Assembly: GCA_945957555.1 (NCBI GenBank)
Contig: CAMFLX010000110.1
Span: 1 to 16,401 of the forward strand
DNA from: an uncultured Cytophagales bacterium
GTDB lineage: Bacteria > Bacteroidota > Bacteroidia > Cytophagales > UBA9547
Length of the DNA stretch: 16,401 nt
Direction of reading: 5' to 3'
Under the pieces are notes generated by a model. That model was not told where the DNA came from, ran no database searches, and saw only the letters and a list, made by a program, of their open reading frames with translations. Position 1 is the first letter of the stretch; each line of letters begins with the position of its first letter. The position numbers and the translations under genes are program-made. Positions 8,839 through 16,285 of this stretch are shown one piece after another.

Positions 8839-10746
8839 TTAAGACTTCTTAGGTGTTTGATCTTTGTTTGGATCTATCAGTTCCATGAGTTTCAAGCCCA
8901 AGAGACCATCCATGGCAGTACCACCATTGGCGCCACCTCCGATCAATACTTCCGGGATCAACTTAATGTTACCTTTAGACAGCTCTTCTGTGATTTTGAA
9001 CTTGGTAAAGTTCTCTCCACCCAAAGCCTTAACCGCCAACTCGTAAGCTTCGGCGGTAGATTTACCTATAGCTAGAATTTTACCAGCTTCAGCAGCACCT
9101 ACTAGGGAAATCTGCTCTGCCTGTGCGGCTGCTTTTAACTTGATGGCCTCCGACTCCGCCACAGCTCTCGCCTTGGTCGCTTCAGCTTCGGCATGTGCCC
9201 TTAACTTAGTAGCCTCCGCCTCAGCACTTACTGCAAGTTTCACACTTGAGGCATCTCCTTCAGATTTTTTCACGGTTGCATTGGCAGTACGCTCAGCGAT
9301 TTCCACACTTTGTTGCGCCTTCACGATGTCCTTTTGCATATCTGCGATGGCCGTTTCCTTCTCCATCCCCTGGCGCGTCTCTTGCGCTTCCTTTTGGGTA
9401 TCGTAAGTTACCTTTTGTTCTTCGGCAATCTTACGTTCTGTAAGTGTTCTCATCAAAGACTCTGGAGGTACGATATCCCCGATCAGTGTATCCACCGCAT
9501 TTACGTTGTATTCGTCCAATACTTTTTTGATATGCGACTTCGCAGACTCCTGTCTTTCCTTACGAGTGCTTAGGAAAGCGATCACATCACTGTCTTGTGC
9601 CGAGTTACGGAAATAGTTGCCAATGGTCGGCTCCAATACCTGCGAAACCAAGTTTACCATGTTTCCAAATCTTGCGATTACCTTTGGTGCCTCGGTAGTA
9701 GGCACGTGTATGATCTGTGAAACATCTAAGTTAAAAGGGAAACCGTCCTTAGACCGTACCGTTATCGTGGAGAGATGTTTGTCCAAATTATGTGCCTCAC
9801 TACGTGCGCTGGCCCAGTTGAGTACCAGATTGGTAGTAGGCACCTGCTCTACTTTCATAATATATTTATTGATAGGGTATTTACCTGGCCCTAGTGGCTC
9901 GAGCCAAACACCTTTAAAGCCTTTTTCTACAATATTACCATGCTTAAAGTCGTCACCTGTCAGGTCTTGCCCCTCCTGTCCGATAAATGAGATCACTACC
10001 CCTACATAACCAATAGGAATCTCCGTCATATAAGTTTCTTCAATCTGCACCGCCCATGGGTTGATGTTGTACGAACCCGCCAAGATCACCTGTGGTTGCA
10101 AGCCTCTGTTACCACCCTTTTTAATAAAGGCATCAAAATCCTGAAAGTTATTGTGTCCTTCAACATGTCTACCTGCTATTTGTCCTGCCTCTATAGGCAA
10201 ACCATCAAGAGTAGTTACAATACCCACCTTACTTTCGCCGATTTTAACCATATCAGCTTCTGTGAGTTGAAACAGAAAGGTATTGATCCTGTAAGAACCC
10301 GAAGTAATGTATGCTGTTTGACGACCCTTTTGGCCACCGTTGGAAAGAAACTTTTCAGCATCCTGAAAATTATCACAATCCACACGTTGTGCCAAGATGT
10401 TACCCGTAGGAATCTCGCCGCCGTCTTTAGCCATCACCAAACCGATCTTTCCCTCAGGGATGATCGTAAAGTTTTCCATAGTGACCTCATACTGCCATAC
10501 CCACATGCCAAAATACACCCCTGGTGCCAATGTTTTAGCCTGATAACCAGCCTCTCCCTTGGTGGCTATGATGCGACCGTCAGGCAATTCCTTGTTTTCT
10601 CCAAAAAGAACGAATGTTTTTGTGACCAAACCGATTTTATCCTCAGGCACTATGACCATACCGAAGATAAAACGAAGTACAAATTTGTACATGACGACTA
10701 AAATAATTAGGACTAATACCCACCAAAAACTTAAGATGTTTTCCAT
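8839..10746 (-). CDS. flotillin-like SPFH/band-7 membrane protein (635 aa) with N-terminal tandem repeats
   Basis: N-terminal TM helix (FWWVLVLIILVVMYKFVLRFIFGMVIV). SPFH core (ITVRSKDGFPFNLDVSQIIHV...VIAFLSTRKERQESAKSHIKKVLDEYNVNAVDTLIGDIVPPESL...). C-terminal Ala/Glu-rich flotillin coiled coil (AVSAEAEATKLRAHAEAEATKARAVAESEAIKLKAAAQAEQ). An alternative in-frame Met at residue 30 gives the same TM topology. Confidence 0.85.
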   Translation of the reverse strand: MENILSFWWVLVLIILVVMYKFVLRFIFGMVIVPEDKIGLVTKTFVLFGENKELPDGRIIATKGEAGYQAKTLAPGVYFGMWVWQYEVTMENFTIIPEGKIGLVMAKDGGEIPTGNILAQRVDCDNFQDAEKFLSNGGQKGRQTAYITSGSYRINTFLFQLTEADMVKIGESKVGIVTTLDGLPIEAGQIAGRHVEGHNNFQDFDAFIKKGGNRGLQPQVILAGSYNINPWAVQIEETYMTEIPIGYVGVVISFIGQEGQDLTGDDFKHGNIVEKGFKGVWLEPLGPGKYPINKYIMKVEQVPTTNLVLNWASARSEAHNLDKHLSTITVRSKDGFPFNLDVSQIIHVPTTEAPKVIARFGNMVNLVSQVLEPTIGNYFRNSAQDSDVIAFLSTRKERQESAKSHIKKVLDEYNVNAVDTLIGDIVPPESLMRTLTERKIAEEQKVTYDTQKEAQETRQGMEKETAIADMQKDIVKAQQSVEIAERTANATVKKSEGDASSVKLAVSAEAEATKLRAHAEAEATKARAVAESEAIKLKAAAQAEQISLVGAAEAGKILAIGKSTAEAYELAVKALGGENFTKFKITEELSKGNIKLIPEVLIGGGANGGTAMDGLLGLKLMELIDPNKDQTPKKS

Positions 10747-10774
10747 GATTTAAAGTTTATATTTTACTTTAGAG

Positions 10775-10782
10775 CAAATATA
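10775..10782 (-). promoter_or_regulatory. candidate -7 element TATATTTG for the flotillin gene
   Basis: The minus-strand upstream sequence reads ...AAATAAATTTATATTTGCTCTAAAGTAAAATATAAACTTTAAATC-ATG. TATATTTG fits TAnnTTTG about 28 nt upstream of the ATG, in an AT-rich, SD-less context. Confidence 0.3.
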
Positions 10783-10920
10783 AATTTATTTTTAAATAAT
10801 ATAAGAAGAACCACCACAAATATGAATAGCCTTTATATGTCGTCATGTGGGCACAAAATTGCGGATTAAATCGAAAAGCATATTGATAGAGACCACCGAG
10901 AAAATCGGGATAAGTTCCTC

Positions 10921-10948
10921 ATTGATGCTCAGTTTAGAGAGCATCAAT
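10921..10948. terminator. 10-bp inverted repeat hairpin 113 nt downstream of the HD-GHKL gene; weak terminator candidate
   Basis: ATTGATGCTC-AGTTTAGA-GAGCATCAAT is a perfect 10-bp stem with an 8-nt loop. No convincing U-tract follows on either strand, so the call is low-confidence. Confidence 0.25.
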
Positions 10949-11060
10949 ACCAAGACTCTCTATTTTGATGTTGCCTTATTTCACAAACCACCTTTATTAG
11001 GCATAAATACCCTCAGCTTACAGTTTGTCATCACAATAGACCATAAACACTTGAGCTTCC

Positions 11061-14000
11061 TTAAGCCCTAACTGTTGAAAAAATATTATTAGTATCCACC
11101 ATTACTAAATAGTCTGCAATAAGTTTTGCATAACCATTTTTGATTTCTTGAGGTGTTAATGTTCCATCCTGTTTAAAGGAAGAATTACTGATTGTCCAGT
11201 TAATCATATTAATTGGTATTAGATCGTCAATATATTTTTTGAAAATTAAATTCTCAAGAGAGGAAGTGTTTTTGCTGACTTTGGCTTCATTTATTTGAGC
11301 TTCTAAGTCTTTCTTTATGTTCTCAGCCTCATTATCCGATTTAAATGGAGAAAGTATTCCATGGTGAGTATAATCGTTAAAATATTCAAAACCACTTATA
11401 TAGACATTTTTTGTAGCTAGAATTGAATACTCTTTAAGAGGTAAAATTTTTCTTCGTTCATCAGAGCGTCCGAATCCGATTAACTCCTTTAACTCAAAAC
11501 CAATATCCTTATTTGAGATCATCACAAAAGGGAATTGGTCATTGGTTTTTTCTAGTATGGCTATTCTGTGTAAGTATTTAATGTCCTTAACGTCTGATGA
11601 TATTAATATTTCAGTAACTTTTAATCCATCATTCCAAAAGTAATCTTCTAAGTAGCGTTCTGATATTAATATTGCATCAACTTTTTCCCCTAAATCATTA
11701 TTACTTTTAACCCATTTTGTTTTGAGGCTCTCATAATCACTCATATTTGCATTTATTCTTATTCCTATATTTTTGAAAGAAACAACTGCAACTTTATTAA
11801 TATTGAAAAATTCTAAAGCATTCATCTGTTTCTTTTCTTTATTCAGAATAATCTTAGAAGGGATTTTAAGGGACTTTAAAATTGATTCATTTTTGTTTGC
11901 AATATCTAAGCGGAATGTTTTCGCAGTTAATAGAGCATTAAAATATAATATTGACATTTTTGCCTTGTCATCACTTTTTACAAGTTTAAAAAATTCTTCA
12001 GAGACTATCTTTAAAATGTCAATGATAATAATAGGCAATAATTCATTTCTTATGTTATTTCTTATTTCTCTATAATACTCTGCTAATAATTTGTTCCGTG
12101 CAATGTTTAGCATTTTGTCTGAATCAGGATCGAGCAAATTAATACTAATTGCACAATACATTAATCCAAATGATGTTGCATAACTTTTGGTATCAGGCAC
12201 ATGCATATTCCTGACAAAAATTATCTTTTCAAATTCTGGATTCGAATAGTGAAAATTGATCAGATCAAAAGATTGGATGAAATTCAAATTTATTCGTGAT
12301 CCAATAATTCGACTTTCTGTGATTTCAAAAACAAATTCCTCAGTATTTTCAAAGTCAATTGTTTTGTCCATTTTTATCTGTATATCCTGATCGTGAAATA
12401 CTGATACATGCTCATTTTCATAATCAATATGGTTATCTAGGATTGTTTCATATGGAGTTTCAAGAGTTAGGTTTGGCATACTTAATAGATTTTCATGTAT
12501 ATAGTTTATTATTTTTTTTAAGTATAACTCTTCTCTATCGTTTAAAAATGCATCGAAAGAGGCAATTACATCCATGTTAAAATTACTATATCCATATATT
12601 TGTTCTAATTGATTTTTGGGAATTTTTATTTCAACCCTACTGCCCCTTTGTTGAGGGCTATCAAGAATTTCTAAGGAACAATATTCTCTATTTTTGGCAG
12701 ACCTCAAACTAAGTTTTATTGCGCTTTCACCATCAGCTTGTGTATAAATATCAAATTCTTTTACGATTAAAAAAACGGATTGTAGACCCAATCCAAATGC
12801 ACCTGTGGGTTTTAGCCAAAAAGGCATCGTTTCTTTAAATTTGTTATGTTCTAGATCTTGCTTTCGACTTTCACCCACATTTCCAATCATTCGTATGATG
12901 TTTTTTTCAGATATACCAGTTCCTTTATCAATCACCTCAATAATTAAAAAATCTTTAGATGCATTAGACCACTTTAAATTGAGATTGATTGGATAATTCT
13001 CATAAATTGCCAAAGGTATGTCTTCAGGGAATTTAATAGCTTCTAAAATTTGTTGATGATTTTTATTTAAAAAATTAATATTTGGATATCTATTGATAAG
13101 ATTATCCTTTATGAAATTATCATAATAACCTTTTTGAATATCAATCCAAAGTTGAATATTACTAGCATCTTTGGCATTTTGAATTAACTCACGTAGAAAT
13201 ACAAACTCGGGGTCACTATATAATGCCTTTCCTTCCAAAATTCCAAAAACTTTACTAGGGGTTATGTCAAAACGAAGATTCATAAAACCCTTTTTGGGTT
13301 CTTTGCCATTCGAAAGCACTAAAATTTTTTCTTTAGAAAGAATAGGAGCGTTGCCTCCTAAATTCTTAGGAGCGATTTTATGCCATTTTAAATTTTGATT
13401 TTTTATCTCTTCCTCAAGCCAATCGAACCATTCTCTTGCGATTCTATAAACTCGGTCATTGCCTTTACAATCGACCGTGGCTTCTATACCAAGAGGGCTG
13501 ATATTCAAATGTTCGGTAGCGGCATGTTTTTTTTTGTGGATTTCAGAAGATGTTGGAAGTTTGTCTCCAAAAATATTCTCTTGAAACTTATTAAAACGTT
13601 TGTCATCAATGTCTAAGAGATCTCCTAGTCGCAACATACAAGCTACAAATCTTGGGTGCATCTTATCATTTGCAATGCCATTTGCTTGGAATTCCAATTT
13701 ATCGAAGATGTATTCATATTTAGATCCATGCGCTTCTGCAATCTTACCAAGTACTTCAAGAAACCGATTAGGGATTTGGTCAGCATAAAAATTGGATAAA
13801 ATATTGGTAAAATTTTCATCCATTCCCTTTAATACATCATTGCTCCTGTAATAGTGTGTTCTTCTGAAATACTCAGCAGAAAGAAGCGTTATTGCCGTAC
13901 GGACTTTCAATGGGAAGTTAAAGTCCAACTCAGGGTTTGGTTCGTTATTTGTCAATTGTAATATGATTACTGCTGATTTTGCCAAATCCGGGTCAGTATA

Positions 14001-14360
14001 CTCCTTTACCTCTTCTAAAAAATCTTTAAATTCCGCTTCATTCCATTTCTTTTCTAAAGTATTGTAAAATACAATCATGCCTAGATCATGAGTATACGCA
14101 GCCATGATCAACATCCAAGTATCGGTCGGAGAAAGTGTCTTGATTCTTTCTTCGCCGAGGAAACTCTCTATATTTCTTAATATCGTATTTGAATGACTAC
14201 TGTCGTGAAGGCTATAGTGGGGGAAAGTAACTTGAACTGTTGTCAATGCACTTCCAAGATTTTTCTTATTAAGTTTCCAAATTGAATTTAGAATCTCGTA
14301 CTCCTCATTCGTTTTGCTTAGATTTTCAAGATGTTTTTCTAAGGTGTATACTTCTAGCAT
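11061..14360 (-). CDS. HD-domain phosphohydrolase fused to a GHKL (Hsp90/MORC-like, HATPase_c) ATPase, with a ~500-aa C-terminal region of unknown function
   Basis: The ORF is 3.3 kb and uninterrupted. The N-terminus has HD motifs (FPH48YSLH52D53SSH56S ... AAYTH91D92LGM, later RLGDLLDIDD), laid out like the dGTPase/SAMHD1 HD fold. The centre carries a Bergerat-fold ATPase: N-box FLRELIQNAKDA (E391, N395, D398), G1 box EVIDKGTGIS (D478, G480, G482) and G2 box TGAFGLGLQ (G520-G525). No HisKA/DHp or receiver domain is present. The C-terminal half has no motif I recognise. The gene is very AT-rich, about 27% GC in sampled 60-nt stretches. Confidence 0.85.
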   Translation of the reverse strand: MLEVYTLEKHLENLSKTNEEYEILNSIWKLNKKNLGSALTTVQVTFPHYSLHDSSHSNTILRNIESFLGEERIKTLSPTDTWMLIMAAYTHDLGMIVFYNTLEKKWNEAEFKDFLEEVKEYTDPDLAKSAVIILQLTNNEPNPELDFNFPLKVRTAITLLSAEYFRRTHYYRSNDVLKGMDENFTNILSNFYADQIPNRFLEVLGKIAEAHGSKYEYIFDKLEFQANGIANDKMHPRFVACMLRLGDLLDIDDKRFNKFQENIFGDKLPTSSEIHKKKHAATEHLNISPLGIEATVDCKGNDRVYRIAREWFDWLEEEIKNQNLKWHKIAPKNLGGNAPILSKEKILVLSNGKEPKKGFMNLRFDITPSKVFGILEGKALYSDPEFVFLRELIQNAKDASNIQLWIDIQKGYYDNFIKDNLINRYPNINFLNKNHQQILEAIKFPEDIPLAIYENYPINLNLKWSNASKDFLIIEVIDKGTGISEKNIIRMIGNVGESRKQDLEHNKFKETMPFWLKPTGAFGLGLQSVFLIVKEFDIYTQADGESAIKLSLRSAKNREYCSLEILDSPQQRGSRVEIKIPKNQLEQIYGYSNFNMDVIASFDAFLNDREELYLKKIINYIHENLLSMPNLTLETPYETILDNHIDYENEHVSVFHDQDIQIKMDKTIDFENTEEFVFEITESRIIGSRINLNFIQSFDLINFHYSNPEFEKIIFVRNMHVPDTKSYATSFGLMYCAISINLLDPDSDKMLNIARNKLLAEYYREIRNNIRNELLPIIIIDILKIVSEEFFKLVKSDDKAKMSILYFNALLTAKTFRLDIANKNESILKSLKIPSKIILNKEKKQMNALEFFNINKVAVVSFKNIGIRINANMSDYESLKTKWVKSNNDLGEKVDAILISERYLEDYFWNDGLKVTEILISSDVKDIKYLHRIAILEKTNDQFPFVMISNKDIGFELKELIGFGRSDERRKILPLKEYSILATKNVYISGFEYFNDYTHHGILSPFKSDNEAENIKKDLEAQINEAKVSKNTSSLENLIFKKYIDDLIPINMINWTISNSSFKQDGTLTPQEIKNGYAKLIADYLVMVDTNNIFSTVRA
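12726..13238 (-). other. GHKL / HATPase_c ATP-binding domain (approx. aa 375-545) of the fusion protein
   Basis: N-box LRELIQNAKDA, G1 IDKGTGIS and G2 GAFGLGLQ are present in canonical order and spacing for a Bergerat fold. Confidence 0.7.
13583..14228 (-). other. HD phosphohydrolase domain (approx. aa 45-260) of the fusion protein
   Basis: Motifs H48, H52-D53, H56, H91-D92 and RLGDLLD are consistent with the metal-binding residues of the HD superfamily. Confidence 0.6.
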
Positions 14361-14632
14361 TTTAATGAATTTTAGTATTGTTTTACATATTTACTCAAAA
14401 GTTCTTAAAACTTTATTTGAAATATTATATATAAATCATATAAAAATAAATAATATGATTCAATTCGAAGATATAGAAAACCACCAGCAAATAGCAAAAA
14501 GAGCCTTTTCTAAGGCAGGACAAACTAATTTAGATGAAGATTGGCAAATGTATAATAGTCTTATTAATGAACTTTGGTGTTTAATAGAAAAATTTGGTTT
14601 AGCGAGATATATAAGGAAGAAGAAAATTAATT

Positions 14633-15055
14633 CTATTTTCCCCTCAACCTCTCCTCCAGCATCTCGATCATCTTCTGCTGCATCTTTACCTGCTCGGTAA
14701 GGAGCCTGATATTGTCTTCATAAAGTCTTTTTAGGTCATCAGGAAAAGTATTCAAGTTGCCATATACAAAACCAGCACTGCCATTCATGGTTTGATAGTT
14801 ATTAAAAACCACTTTCTCATCAAAACTCAGCACCTCTTCAGGTTTCATTTCAAAGATGCCAGAGATCTCGAGCAGGCGGTCTATGTTGATAGACACCTCG
14901 TCGCGTTCGATTCTCTGATAGCCCGAAAGCGTCATGTCTAGGCGGTCGGCCATGTCTTTGGCGGTGATGTTTTTGAGTTCTCTGATCTTGTGAATCTTGT
15001 TGCCGACCTTCATCATGTCTTTGGAGTTTGTTACGATATCCTGTGGTACAAACAT
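14633..15055 (-). CDS. XRE-family (Cro/cI-type) helix-turn-helix transcriptional regulator, 140 aa
   Basis: N-terminal HTH_3 pattern (KIHKIRELKNITAKDMADRLDMTLSGYQRIERDEVSINIDRLLEISGIFEMKPEEV) and a C-terminal coiled-coil-like tail. It lies on the same strand as, and 272 bp upstream of, the HD-GHKL gene. Confidence 0.8.
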   Translation of the reverse strand: MFVPQDIVTNSKDMMKVGNKIHKIRELKNITAKDMADRLDMTLSGYQRIERDEVSINIDRLLEISGIFEMKPEEVLSFDEKVVFNNYQTMNGSAGFVYGNLNTFPDDLKRLYEDNIRLLTEQVKMQQKMIEMLEERLRGK

Positions 15056-15075
15056 AACATTTATTTGTGAAATTT

Positions 15076-15089
15076 CCTTTGACCAAAGG
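15076..15089. promoter_or_regulatory. operator-like inverted repeat CCTTTG-AC-CAAAGG about 20 bp upstream of the XRE start codon
   Basis: It has 6-bp perfect arms and a 2-bp spacer. The position fits an autoregulatory operator overlapping the promoter of the HTH gene. Confidence 0.35.
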
Positions 15090-15187
15090 TTGCAAAAAAG
15101 GAGCTGTAAGATTTTCTTCTATCATCCCCGAATGTTTCGAGGATGGCCTTTGTAGGCAATAAATTATAATAGGATCTATAGAGATCC

Positions 15188-15217
15188 AAAAAAAAAGGCT
15201 GCCCTTTTTGGACAGCC
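15188..15217 (-). terminator. rho-independent terminator of the FN3 gene
   Basis: The minus-strand RNA is GGCUGUCC-AAAAA-GGGCAGCC: an 8-bp stem with one G-U pair, followed by U9 (the plus-strand A9 at 15188-15196). It lies immediately 3' of the stop at 15225. Confidence 0.7.
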
Positions 15218-15224
15218 CCTTTGC

Positions 15225-15857
15225 CTACTGAACCCTACTGAGGGCTTCGCTCCACTCGCCAGCGCCGCTGCGGTTGATGGCACGTACGCGGTAGAAGTAC
15301 CTTTGGCCTTTTTCTATGTCATCGTCGGTAAACTTGAGCTTTTTCACCGTTCGTAGAAAGGGGTATGGCGGTGGCAATACCAAAGCCTTGGGGTCTTCGC
15401 TTTGTCCTCTTTGTACTTCGAAGTGCTCCACATCGTCAATGCTCCCAAGTCGAACAATGAAGCCAACACCGTCGTCGTCGTCAGTGATGCTTTCAATGAC
15501 CACCTTGGCAGGAATCGGCAACCTTTTAGAGCCCCCTCCGCCCCCTTTTTGAGCCTGAGCGCTTAGTCCGTACTCGTTGAGCTTCTCGCTGCTGTCGGCG
15601 TGCAAGGCATAGGCGAAATTGTCGATCTGGTCAAGCGTTTTCTTTTGGTTTTCGATCTCTTTGTGGGCAAGATCCCTGCGCTGTTGCAACTCTTGCACGC
15701 TATCTTCGATCGACTTGCCCAGATCCCCTAAGGTTTTGATCATTGCGTCAATAATGACGTCTTTTATGGGCATGTTCACCCATTTGTCTGCATTTTTCAC
15801 GATACCGTTTTTTCTTTTCTTCAGTTCGGCGATCTGGTCTTCAATGTATTTAGCCAT
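15225..15857 (-). CDS. small coiled-coil + fibronectin type III domain protein (211 aa from MAKYIEDQ...; the longest ORF would start at 15911)
   Basis: The N-terminal ~115 aa are heptad-rich (QIAELKKRK...QELQQRRDLAHKEIENQKKTLDQI). A GGGGGS linker follows. The C-terminal FN3 signature is PIPAKVVIESITDDDDGVGFIVRLG...YFYRVRAINRSGAGEWSEAL. GC is high (about 50%). The 54 nt between 15858 and 15911 are AT-rich, unlike the gene body, so I prefer the start at 15857. Confidence 0.65.
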   Translation of the reverse strand: MAKYIEDQIAELKKRKNGIVKNADKWVNMPIKDVIIDAMIKTLGDLGKSIEDSVQELQQRRDLAHKEIENQKKTLDQIDNFAYALHADSSEKLNEYGLSAQAQKGGGGGSKRLPIPAKVVIESITDDDDGVGFIVRLGSIDDVEHFEVQRGQSEDPKALVLPPPYPFLRTVKKLKFTDDDIEKGQRYFYRVRAINRSGAGEWSEALSRVQ

Positions 15858-16250
15858 ATAATTTAAAAGGAGTTTATGCTGCAATTTTAGGAGTTTGGGG
15901 AAAAATTTCAAAACTGGGCATTATAAAATATAGGCTCGGACCTTTCCCCCAAGAATATAGAATCTCAAAAACTGAATATAAACTAAATGGACAAAAACAA
16001 AACCCTTATAATGTGTTATAACATAGAAATTTAGGTCTGTACCCTGCAAATATATTTTTGGGTTTAAATATATTTCGCCCGCCTTTAAATCTATAAATGA
16101 TGTAGAAAGTCCTAATCCTCAAAAAATATATCAAAAATTCGATGAAAAGATCCCCAAATTCTATCTCAAAGAAGCTTTTTTTACAAAACCCAGAGCAATT
16201 AAACCCCTTTTAATGAAATCGTATCGGTTAAATAAGAAGAGGAAGGCTTG

Positions 16251-16268
16251 AAAATAGTACTATTTTTT
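16251..16268. promoter_or_regulatory. perfect 16-bp palindrome AAAATAGTACTATTTT (+TT) next to a half-site repeat AAAATAGTGC
   Basis: It reads the same on both strands. It sits immediately before the tandem-repeat block and is a plausible dimeric DNA-binding-protein site. Confidence 0.3.
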
Positions 16269-16285
16269 CAAAAAATAGTGCTCTG

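Noticed and set aside
8857-10753. Plus-strand ORFs antisense to the flotillin gene (8857-9075, 8864-9046, 9140-9406, 9246-9443, 9310-9573, 9617-10009, 10096-10701, 10559-10753)
   Set aside because: They are produced by the high-GC Ala/Glu-rich coiled-coil region read in the other frames. They have no start context or motifs.
10847-11071. ORF 10847-11071 (+, 74 aa) between the flotillin and HD-GHKL genes
   Set aside because: It has no motifs, it overlaps the hairpin at 10921-10948, and it runs into the stop of the HD-GHKL gene. It is probably spurious.
12726-13238. GHKL domain as a two-component sensor histidine kinase or HtpG chaperone
   Set aside because: There is no HisKA/DHp phosphoacceptor region, no TM or sensor inputs, and no adjacent response regulator. 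The N-box is Hsp90/MORC-like, but the protein is N-terminally HD-fused and 1099 aa long, which does not fit HtpG organisation.
11773-13788. Small plus-strand ORFs antisense to the HD-GHKL gene (11773-12075, 12359-12580, 12805-12996, 13395-13616, 13600-13788)
   Set aside because: They are AT-rich antisense frames that are Phe/Ile/Leu-rich, with no motifs. The sense frame is continuous with clear catalytic motifs.
14850-15125. ORF 14850-15125 (-, 91 aa, Arg/His-rich)
   Set aside because: It is an alternative frame of the XRE gene, which has a clear HTH. Its composition is typical of an out-of-frame read.
15316-15861. Plus-strand ORFs 15316-15552 and 15619-15861 antisense to the FN3 gene
   Set aside because: They are Ser/Pro-rich out-of-frame products of a gene with clear coiled-coil and FN3 content on the minus strand.
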